Assembly: GCA_040954595.2 (NCBI GenBank)
Contig: CM082596.2
Location: forward strand, 10,498,461 to 10,562,460
Direction: 5' to 3'
Length of the DNA: 64,000 bases
Origin: Balanoglossus misakiensis
Lineage: Eukaryota; Animalia; Hemichordata
In this document: positions 12,463 to 23,040 of the stretch, one piece after another
How positions within the stretch are numbered: the first letter of the stretch is position 1
Layout: every line of letters starts with the position of its first letter
Notes under the pieces: model-generated
Seen by the model: only the letters and a program-made list of their open reading frames with translations
What the model was told of the DNA's origin: nothing
Database searches by the model: none
Translations under genes and position numbers: made by a program

Positions 12463-12916
12463 ATGCCATTTGTGTGATATCAAATGAAAACAGACTGATC
12501 ACTGTTGAAGATTCAATCAGTGGAGTTTACTATAGACAAAGAACCATTTGGTTCTGGTGGGTTTCGTGAAGCATTCAGAGCAGTCAGTCAAACTCCTAAA
12601 TTTGCTACTTCTGATTGGGTCGTGAAAAAATATCTTACTGATGCACATCATTGCTGCATTAGTAATTTGATATTATAAAAGTGGCATTGTCTTGGTATCC
12701 TGGCTTGGTCAGCTCTACCTGTTACAGACATGTAAGTTCATTGCAGAGATTTCAGCCAGGGGCCCTATTTGTTTGTGTCTAAATCCATATGCAGTGAAAT
12801 TGAGTCTGACATAGAGATAAGCCTAAATGTAATGTTGAAGTTCTTCTTTGGCCTTCTGGGATCATAGCTAAATAGTATCAATATATGTGATAGGTTGTCA
12901 GGCTTGAAAGGGTTAA

Positions 12917-13518
12917 TAGACATGCTAAAACTAGGCAAAGTCATCAATGAAAAATCTTCAACAGTGATCAGTCTGTTTCCATTTGATATCACACAAATGG
13001 CATGGTCATTGATGCCTAAATCAGTGGAGTTTACTATAGACAAAGAACCATTTGGTTCTGGTGGGTTTCGTGAAGCATTCAGAGCAGTCAGTCAAACTCC
13101 TACATGTAAATTTGCTCCTTCTGATTGGGTCGTGAAAAAATATCTTACTGATGCTTTGTCAACAATAGAGGCCACTAACCAGACTACTGAAGAGCATACC
13201 AAAAAAGTTGTACAGATGCACTCCTTAGCCACAAATTTTGCCGAACGACTTGTACATCATCTCAAAAAGAAAAATGTTTTGCATCAGTATGGTGAAACAC
13301 TTAAGTACAATGCCATTTGTGTGATATCAAATGAAAACAGACTGATCACTGTTGAAGATTCAATCAGTGGAGTTTACTATAGACAAAGAACCATTTGGTT
13401 CTGGTGGGTTTCGTGAAGCATTCAGAGCAGTCAGTCAAACTCCTAAATTTGCTACTTCTGATTGGGTCGTGAAAAAATATCTTACTGATGCACATCATTG
13501 CTGCATTAGTAATTTGAT
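12917..13518 (+). pseudogene. Near-identical tandem duplicate of the rearranged alpha-kinase segment (~12077-12680)
   Basis: ORF 12895..13416 repeats LKLGKVIN...IWFWWVS with a few substitutions and a 6-bp insertion (TC). A third, more degenerate fragment lies at ~14394-14525. Confidence 0.85.
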
Positions 13519-16500
13519 ATTATAAAAGTTTTGAGTTGTGCAGGAATCATTCAGATGCTTGTTTACTAAACTAAACTGTATTTTGGTAACTTTTGCAAGT
13601 TCCTTGTTTGTAATAAAATGTGTGTTTGAACCAGAGCACAAAAATCTTCCTATATGCTGTTGTTTTATTGACATGTGACCTGTGAGTATAGCCATATGTA
13701 TGTTGATATAATCATGGAGAATCAACTACCAGATCCATGAAGTGAATAGACTGTGTTTTGATAAATTTTAAAAATATGCAAATTATCGATTATTTATGCA
13801 TGACTTTGCTATATTACTCAGTTTTGTGTGAAATCTGTACCCACAGTTCATCAAATTAAGTGCCGTTGTTTTAAAAATACATAAGCATAGCTAATAGGCC
13901 ACATCGATGACCCCAGAGTGACCTTACATCCTGGTAATTTGTTGGTATGACATCATGCACCATTCTACATTATACGAGATTCATCCATTTATAGCAGACA
14001 AAATTAATATTTTTGTTCTAGCGTGGGGTAGACCACAAATTCAACAGTATCATTCACTTCCAGAGTTACACTCAAATTGGCAGGATGTGAAGGTCATGTA
14101 GGGGTCATGAAAGTAGTCTATTGTATGTACACAGTCTTGTGGGTTTACTATGCATATCATATTGACACAAGATAGAAAAAAGGATGATGATTGATGGTAA
14201 AAGTTGAATTTTTCTACCTGGCACTGAAAGTTTCCAACAGCAATTTTCAGGTACATTTCAGAAACATCTTTGATTCAGAGTATTTCCTCTTAATTCTTTT
14301 CATGAATTTTATTTCAATAAAAACTGAGAAAATAAATTTACAACTTAAGACAAATGAAATGCAAGTAATGTAACCACTTCTATCACTTACTGCTAGGCAA
14401 AGTCATCAATGAAAAATCTTCAAAAATGATCAGTCTGTTTTCATTTGATATAAAATAACATGTAAAGACAAAAAACCATTGCTTCTGGTGGGCTTCGTAA
14501 AGCATTCAGAGCAGTTAGTTAAACTGGACTGAAGTGATCATAATGAGATTGCGAACCATGTTTTCAAAACACTTTTTGCGTACTGTCACAGCATGTTTGA
14601 CATTTTTGCAGACATTTTCAGCGTGGGTGTGTGCTATAATTATCCTTCAGATAGTGGAAAGCATCACTACATTCACACGGCTTGACAACTCTTGGAAATG
14701 GTATTAAACGTTCACATTCTCTACGGAAGTCTGGTTCAAGGAAGTCTATTCCAATGTCAAGAATACCAGCTTGAATGGGCACCTCTTGCAATTCATCATC
14801 ACTGACTTCCCAACCTGTGAAAAATTCAAATACAAAAACAAATATTCAGACAAGTTTTAGTCCACCAGATGACCCTCACTCCAGTTTTCTCATTTGATGA
14901 GCACTGTATACAGGTACATCAACTTAGGTTCCAGGATAGGACATGGCCCTTTTTAAATAAACATTCTGTGTAAGGGGAGAACCATTTGATTTCTGGGGGA
15001 GATGGATGAAAGATAAGTGAGCATATCATATAACTACACATTTTGAAGCTTTGATGTTGTCGGGAATGTACATGTACTTTGTGGTTATTATTGCAAAAGG
15101 GTCAGATATCAATATCCTCCTCTCCTGTTAACTACAACAATTCTACCAGAAGAACCTGACTACAGAGAGCATCAACATAAGCTAGTTTCCAGATTCTATC
15201 TAAATGGAATTAAAAAGCATGTTAACTGTTGAGTATATATACAATATAGGGATATTGTATACCTTGTATACACATGTACCTACCACATTCTTCCGGGTCA
15301 TACACCTCTGGAAAATCATAAATGTGATTTGGTATCCCAGCTGGTAAATTTGAGTCTTTCTGTGCTCGTATCCTATGTGAGTTCCATACTGAATCCTTGA
15401 AGATATCAAGTTCCCTTTGAATGATTGGAATTAGCAAAAATGCCATGAGCATTCTGGAAATAATAGGAATATATTTTAGGAATACATATATACAGGTAGG
15501 TGGCACAGTGATAATCACCTTGAACAAATTACTGTGTTCATCATCTTACCCAGAGGTTACTGACATAACTGTAACACCAACATTTAAAAAAATGTTGTAA
15601 CATTCAATATTTTTCTTTCAAATACTGGCATGAAATTATCTGTATTTACAAATTGTATCTCTGAAACATTTCTAGTTTTAGATTTGATTATTGTGCTCTC
15701 ACTTTTCTTTTGACACACACCTTCTTTATTTGCACTCACCTGTCATGTTGATTGTTTGGATTGTATATACCATGATCCTTCAGCCAGTTCAAGTGACCTT
15801 TGAAATATTTTTCAAGGCGTTCATGAAGTTCCTTCCACCAGCGTTCAATCTGAAATAACACAATACCACCAATGTCAACATATATGTAATTTTCATTAAA
15901 TTTCAAACAAATACCTATAATTATTTATTTGACAAAGAAGGACAGGCATCTTCACAGCCCACCAAACATTAAAGATTTGTTTCAGGCGAATGCGATAAAA
16001 AATGATGGGTGTGTTTGCTTGTGTGTGTGTGTGTGTGTGGCATCTGTGTGCACCTGTATCAGTTCAATATCTCACAAACCGCTTTATTTCAATGTAACCA
16101 AAGTTGGTAAACAGGCATGTATCATAGATTTGAGATGGTGAAACCTTGTTACATTTTAGTGGATGATGCCATTGAGTCAATAGGAACCATATTCTGTGAC
16201 AATTATTGGCTGCCAGACTATATGGAGAACACCATGACACTATTGGCATATTTGGAAATTATTCAACCGAATTAGATGAAACACTGTGTATGTACCTAAC
16301 AAATAAATAAAGGAAAGGGCTCTGTGCTCCCATGAAGGTAGGTGTACATAAAGTCACCGTGCAGGAGAGCACTGGAAAATATTGCAGCATAGTAAAAAAA
16401 ATGATACTGCAGTGGTGACATACAAGCATGACACAGAAAAGCATGGTTGTTGAAAAAGTTACCAATAGGATATCCGATTAGGAATGACAAGATACTGACC

Positions 16501-17369
16501 TGATTTGACGTTGAAGGGCCAAAGATAACTGTATCACATGGATCCATGTAACCATGATTTCTTCGGAGGAATGCATGCATTGTTGCTATTACTCCGGTTT
16601 CGGTACCCTTGTCCATTCTTAACACTGATGGTAATTTTTTTGACTCGTGCAAGTACTCCAAGTACCACCGCCCAATCAATTTAGGATCACTGTTGCTTAC
16701 CCACACATTTAACCACAGAAGTTTTCGACTTGCAGAGTCAATGCACCCATACACGGCAAGCGGAAATGTAGAGTTCTGATATCCCATGAGCTTGTCATGT
16801 CCATCCAGTGAGTGAACCCAGTTGGGACCCTTCGTTGTGAAATTTCCCTTTCCTCTGACCCTCTTCTTAAGGCCGACAGCACCTCTATTTGCCAAACCTT
16901 CAGGGTCAAGTGCCTTCATCACAGTGTATACGAGATCTCTGGGAACATTTAGACCGTGTTCCTGTCTGATTTTCTTATGCATCGCACGATAGCCTAGAAG
17001 TTGGCCAGGTCCCTCCAACTCATCAGCCACAGCTTCTTCGACTTGTTCTCGAGTTATTTTCTGATTGTTGAAATAGATGTCAAAGTATCGGAGCCGTCGG
17101 TCGAGAGAACGGATACTCCAGGCATATTGCAATAAGTCTCTTCTCACGAAATCCAAAATGTCACTGCGGTGAAGGCCCTGTTGTACATATAGTCCATGGG
17201 CCAGACAGGAATTTGGTATCAGAAAGATGGACAAAGCCTCACATGTTTTTTTGGAAAGGCCTATATCTCTAGATTATAAATTGGGGTGATAGCCCTGCCT
17301 ATCGAGTAGCTTTCTGCATTTTTTCCCTCAAAAACTAATGTAAGAACCTAAAAATTTCCGACCCAAATT

Positions 17370-18440
17370 TTGGGGGTAGGGAACTTTAAATTGCTGTAAC
17401 TCCAGCAAAACTTAAGCCAGAAAAGTCATTTACCACTCAAATTGTGTGTTTTTTAGAACTCTACCAATATAATATATTTTGGTGGTAATTCGTTTTGAAT
17501 TGAGGTCAATAGAGGTCAAAAGGTCATGAAATTTGGGTCATTCTGAAAATTTGTAGTATGACTATTTCTTGAACGATTTTTTTAACTTAAGTCTTCAAAT
17601 GTCATTTACAAGATAAAATACTCTCCCAGAATCTATTTCAAACCAATAGAAAACCTTATTATTCATTTATGACCAGAAAAACACAAATAAGGAGAAACGA
17701 CAGAAAGACATCCAATTTTCCACTCAGATTTAAGGGTAGGGGAAACTTAAGTTCTTGTAACTCCGGCAAAAATAAACCCAGAACAGTCATCTACCACTCA
17801 AATTGTGTGTTGTTTAGAACTCTACCAATATAATATATTTTGGTGGTAATTCGTTTTGAATTGAGGTCAATAGAGGTCAAAAGGTCATGAAATTTGGGTC
17901 ATTCTGAACGTTTGTAGTATGACTATTTCTTGAACGATTTTTGTTGAACTTATAAGTCTTTAAATGTCATTTAGAAGATAAAATACTCTCCCAGAATCTA
18001 TTTCAAACCAACAAAAAACCCTATTATTCAATTACGATCAGAAAAACACAAATACAGAGATGCGGAAGAATGGCACAAAACTTCAGACCCTGTTATTGGG
18101 GTAGTAGTTGTAACTCCGGCAAAAATAAAGCCAGAACAGTCATCTACCTCTCAAATTGTGTTTTTTTAGCACTCTAGCGATTGTATATGTATTTGTTGCA
18201 ATTTTGTTTTGAATTTAGGTCAAAGAGGTCAAAAGATCACAAGATTTGGGTAATTTCGAAAAATTATGGTACGAACATTTCCCGCATTAATTTTTTAAAC
18301 CCAAGTCTTCAAATGTCATTTATGAGATAAAATACTCTACACGATTTTTTTCAGACCAATTGAAGACCTTATTATTCAATTACAATCAGAAAAACAATTA
18401 GTAGAGAAACGGGATAATAACAAACAATTTCCCACGGATT
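17370..18440. repeat. ~361-bp unit repeated about three times in the Academ left arm (about two copies in the right arm)
   Basis: GAATTGAGGTCAATAGAGGTCAAAAGGTCATG at ~17497 and ~17858, with a diverged copy at ~18211. Reverse-complement copies at ~20140 and ~20500. Confidence 0.8.
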
Positions 18441-18603
18441 TTGGGGGAGGTTTGGCCATCTAACAGGTAAGTATACACCCAACTGATCATGCACATATGG
18501 TGTTTAGGAGAACGGATGTGCAAATTTGTGAACCTTTGCATGCTGCTCATGTGCACTGTACTTGTATGATGATTCCTAACAATACTACGAGAAGGGGCCA
18601 TTA

Positions 18604-18786
18604 GGCTGCATCCACAAACACCTCTGGAGGGGGGGGGGCAGGAGAATTGAGGGGGGGGGGGGGATTTGAAAAAATTGAGGGTATGTAAGGGGGGGGGATT
18701 AAATATTTATTTTGAGTCCACAAAAATGCAGTTTCGCGCCCTTTATTTTACAACCCCCCCGTCCAGAGGTGTTTGTGAATGCAGCC
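18604..18786. mobile_element. PIF/Harbinger-like MITE nested in the Academ element
   Basis: TIRs GGCTGCATCCACAAACACCTCTGGA / TCCAGAGGTGTTTGTGAATGCAGCC, TTA on both sides (18601-18603, 18787-18789), internal G-runs. Confidence 0.8.
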
Positions 18787-19262
18787 TTATAGCATTGTAG
18801 CTCTGATTGTGTATTATTGTTGGATACCATCCTACAGTGTACAGGCACAGCAGATGACAAGCCAAGCAAAGGTTCAAAAATCTGCTTATTTTTTTTCCTC
18901 AATACAATATGAGCATGATCTATTTATATTCAGGTCCAGTATAATAAATAAAAAAATGGCCTCGTCACTCTACAAGATCACGCCTCCTGGATAACTTTGC
19001 TGAATACAGCTAACATACAAAAATACAAACCAATTCAGGACCTCGCCATTGGTTTGGGCGAAGGTGAAATTCTTTACGATGAAAAAGGCTCTTGAATCTA
19101 TCCTTTCTAAAGAGCAGTCGTCATCAACTGAGGGAACCAATACACTGGAACGTAAAAAAGAGGTCGAGCATGCAATTAAGGGTCTCGGTGTGATCACATT
19201 TGCCTATTTTGCTCCCCCACCAAGTACATGAAGGGAAGTAGGACAAGAGCTCCTTTAGTTCA

Positions 19263-19835
19263 TTGTCAGCAATTGCGTGCGGACAACACATTAAGGGAGG
19301 CAGCAACAAGAAAAATGACAGTAAAATTCGTGCACTTCTCAGTCGTGAGTTGGTTGCTGCTGAGGGTCACTATCATAGAAAGTGTTATAGGGACTATACA
19401 AGGCCTGATATTCAAGCAGGTTCAAGTCATATGGAGGTTGATGAAAGTCAACATGATCAAGATACTAGTTATGAGGATGTCCTGCAAATTGCTCAAGAAG
19501 AGTTATTTTCTTTTATCAGAAATGATTTGTTCACAAACCCTGAGGTAGTTCCCCTGACTGATGTATGAAACAAGTTAGTTACCAAAATGCTCCAACTTGG
19601 TGTTAAACAGGTTAACAATTCCACCAACAAAACTTGCAGCATATGCTAAATACGGAATTCAAAGGGACATTGATTTTTTTTGAATGATGTAAATGGTAGG
19701 GTGCTTGTATATCCGTTATCACTAGATAAAGGTACTGTTGACCTGAAGTACAATGCTGTAAGAAAAGAACTTCTTGCAGCAGAAAAACAATCACATGAAA
19801 GTATCATCACCACATCTGCTCTAATCCTGCTTACG
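19263..19835 (+). pseudogene. Degraded N-terminal fragment of an Academ-like transposase
   Basis: KNDSKIRALLSRELVAAEGHYHRKCYRDYTRP motif (LVAAE.xYHxxCY), followed by frameshifted fragments, inside the Academ TIRs. Confidence 0.55.
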
Positions 19836-20938
19836 CTGCTTGAATATCAGGCCTTGTATAGTCCCTATAACACTTTCTAAGATAGTGACCCTCAGCAGCA
19901 ACCAACTCACGACTGAGAAGTGCACGAAAATCCGTGGGAAATTGTTTGTTATTATCCCGTTTCTCTACTAATTTTTTTCTGATTGTAATTGAATAATAAG
20001 GTCTTCAATTGGTTCGGGAAAAAAATGGTGTAGAGTATTTTATCTCATAAATGACATTTGAAGACTTGGGTTTAAAAAATTAATGCGGGAAATGTTCGTA
20101 CCATAATTTTTCGAAATTACCCAAATCTTGTGATCTTTTGACCTCTTTGACCTAAATTCAGAACAAAATTGCAACAAATACATATACAATCGCTAGAGTG
20201 CTAAAAAACACACAATTTGAGTGGTAGATGACTGTTCTGGGTTTATTTTTGCCGGAGTTACAAGAACTTAAGTTTCCCCTACCCTTAAATCTGAGTGGAA
20301 AATTGGATGTCTTTCTGTCGTTTCTCCTTATTTGTGTTTTTCTGGTCATAAATGAATAATAAGATTTTCTATTGGTTTGAAATACATTCTTGGAGAGTAT
20401 TTTATCTTCTGAATGACATTTAAAGACTTAAGTTCAAAACTATCGTTCAAGAAATAGTCATACTACAAATTTTCAGAATGACCCAAATTTCATGACCTTT
20501 TGACCTCTATTGACCTCAATTCAAAACGAATTACCACCAAAATATATTATATTGGTAGAGTTCTAAAAAACACACAATTTGAGTGGTAAATGACTGTTCT
20601 GGCTTTAGTTTTGCTGGAGATACAGCAATTTAAAGTTCCCCTACCCCCAAAATTTGGGTCGGAAATTTTTATGTTCTTACATTAGTTTTTGAGGGAAAAA
20701 ATGCAGAAAGCTACTCGATAGGCAGGGCTATCACCCCAATTTATAATCTAGAGATATAGGCCTTTCCAAAAAACCACATGAGGCTTTGTCCATCTTTCTG
20801 ATACCAATTCATGAAAAATCGGGTCCTGGCCCATGGACTAATATTTTCTCAGTTCCTCCTTGAGGTAAACATCCTCCATCCACGCATTTGTTCGGAAGGC
20901 CGCCATGTTGTTTCCAAGAAAACCGAAATGCATTGTTG

Positions 20939-21453
20939 GATACTGTGGCAGCTGTAGGCTAACGGCAGCCTTCGTCCATGGACTATGGCAGCTGTAGTCC
21001 ATGGGTGAAAAAATTTTCATTTCATTTCACTTTTACATTTTTTTTTTTTTTACTTTTTTTTTTTTTTTTTTTCATTTCATTTTCTTTTCATTTTCTTTTC
21101 TTTTCTTTTCTTTTCATTTTCTTTTCATTTTATTTTGTTTTCTTTTCTTTTCAATTTTTTTTATTCAATTTTGTTTTCAATTTTGTTTTTATTTTATTTT
21201 TATTTTTATTTTTATTTTGTTTTGTTTTTAATTTCTTTTCATTTTCTTTTCATTTTATTGTTTTCTTTTCTTTTCAATTTTTTTATTCAATTTAGTTTTT
21301 AATATCGTTTTTATTTTATTTATATTTATATTTTGTTTTGTTTTTAATTTCTTTTCAAACAAAAAACACACAAACAAACAAAAACACAAACAAAAACACA
21401 CAAACTATAGATATATTTATGCATTTTAGCATTGGCAACCACTGGCCGCCATA
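20939..21453 (-). repeat. Right TIR of the IS3EU element, with a T-rich core
   Basis: Reverse complement of the left TIR. The transposase ATG lies ~33 bp inside it. Confidence 0.9.
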
Positions 21454-21699
21454 GTTAAGCTATGGCCCCCTAGGATTTTAGATTTATGCCCAATATCTCA
21501 ACATCCGCTGGGCTGATCAGCTTCAAATTTTGTGTGCAGCTAGCCTACCTTCCGACAATCAGTTCCAACTGAAAAAAATAATATGAAAAATCGACCGATT
21601 TTTTTATATTAATTTTTTTATGAAATCTATACCTATACTTATTCCACTATACATAGTTTTCTAGAATTCTGGTCGGTGCAATAGTCCTATGGCCTAGTG

Positions 21700-23040
21700 T
21701 GCAGCATAGGACCAAAATGAGAAGCCAAATTAAGGCTCACCTGTGACACCTGCTTAACTCATTAACTATTTGCATACCTAATTCCAGACAAACCAATAGG
21801 GCTACAGGTCTGGTTTTTGTCGGAAATGGACCAGTATGGGGTCAAATTTTTTCCCCAAATTTTGGGTGACCTTGGGTGACCTTTGACCTACTTTCGCATA
21901 TCTCAGCATCCAGAGCAGGTACAGCTTAGGTGTTTGGGTGGATGGGACCAAAATAAGAAGCCCAATTTAAAGGTCACCTGTGACACCTGCTTGACTCATT
22001 AGTTATGTGCATACCTAATTCCAGGCAAACCAATAGGGCTACAGGTCTGGTTTTTGTCGGACATGGACCAGTATGGGGTCAAGTTTTTCCCCGAAATTTT
22101 GGGTGACCTTGGGTGACCTTCGACCTACTTTCGCATATCTCAGCATCCAGAGCAGGTATAGCTGAGGTGTTTGGGTGGATGGGACCAAAATAAGAAGCCC
22201 AATTTAAGGGTCACCTGTGACACCTGCTTAACTCATTAATTATGTGCATATCTAATTCCAGGCAAACCAATAGGGCTACAGGTCTGGTTTTTGTCGGACA
22301 TGGACCAGTATGGGGTCAATTTTTTCCCCGAAATTTTGGGTGACCTTGGGTGACCTTTGACCTACTTTCGCATATCTCAGCATCCAGAGCAGGTATAGCT
22401 GAGGTGTTTGGGTGGATGGGACCAAAATAAGAAGCCCAATTTAAAGGTCACCTGTGACACCTGCTTAACTCATTAATTATGTGCATATCTAATTCCAGGC
22501 AAACCAATAGGGCTACAGGTCTGGTTTTTGTCGGACATGGACCAGTATGGGGTCAAATTTTCCCCCCAAATTTTGGGTGACCTTTGACCTACTTTCGCAT
22601 ATCTCAGCATCCAGAGCAGGTACTACAGCTTAGGTGTTTGGGTGGATGGGACCAAAATAAGAAGCCTTTGACTTATTTTCATATATCTCGGCATCCAGAG
22701 CAGGTACAGCTTAGGTGTTTGGATGGATGGGACCAAAATAAGAAGCCAAATTTTAGGGCCACCTGTGACACCTGGTGAACTCATTAACTATGTGCACACC
22801 AAATTCCAGGCCAACCAACACGGCTACAGGTCTGGTGTTTGTTGGACATGGACAACTATGGTGTCAACATTTTCTGCCCACATTTCGGGTGATCTCAGCT
22901 GACCTTTAACCTATTTTGCTTTGTCTTGGCATCCAGAGCAGGTACAGCCTTGCCATTTGTAGGTATAGCACTAAAAGGAAAACCCTTCTTTCGGGGTGAT
23001 TTGTGAAATCTGCTTATTTCATTAATTATGTGCATACTTA
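21700..23040. repeat. 237-bp tandem repeat, ~5 copies, in the Helentron 3' subterminal region
   Basis: GGGCTACAGGTCTGGTTTTTGTCGG at 21799, 22036, 22273 and 22510 (237-bp spacing), with a diverged copy near 22820. Confidence 0.9.

Larger units (their letters stand above)
17190..20840. mobile_element. Academ-type non-autonomous DNA transposon inserted in exon 1 of the IS3EU transposase
   Basis: Ends TAGTCCATGGGCCAG...CTGGCCCATGGACTA. 3-bp TSD ATA (17187-17189, 20841-20843). Long inverted arms (~17190-18441 and ~19928-20840). Removing it restores the reading frame exactly. Confidence 0.85.
14618..20906 (-). pseudogene. IS3EU integrase-core (DDE) transposase, 4 exons, 409 aa when the Academ insertion is removed
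   Basis: Exon 1 = 20906-20841 + 17186-16500 (MAAFRTNAW...LRKY|VQQG...LGYRAM...GPNWVHSLDGHDKL...GCIDSASRK...LRMDKGTE...STSNQ). Exon 2 15849-15740 (IERWWKEL). Exon 3 15453-15284 (WNSHRIR). Exon 4 14814-14618 (TGA). All junctions are GT-AG and in phase. Confidence 0.9.
10065..21453. mobile_element. IS3EU-type DNA transposon (11.4 kb including a nested 3.65-kb Academ) encoding a transposase and an alpha-kinase
   Basis: Ends TATGGCGGCC...GGCCGCCATA. 6-bp TSD GTTAAG at 10059-10064 and 21454-21459. Long TIRs. Integrase-core DDE transposase inside. TAY..RTA ends with a 6-bp TSD are the IS3EU convention. Confidence 0.85.

Noticed and set aside
17190-17234. N-terminus MSIFLIPNSCLAHGL of ORF 16296..17234
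   Set aside because: It derives from the Academ TIR. The true start is at 20906, and the ORF tail beyond 16500 is intron.
10060-21458. piggyBac/Kolobok assignment from TTAA at both ends
   Set aside because: The duplication is the 6-mer GTTAAG and the inverted repeat begins at TATGG. The transposase is integrase-core type, fitting IS3EU.
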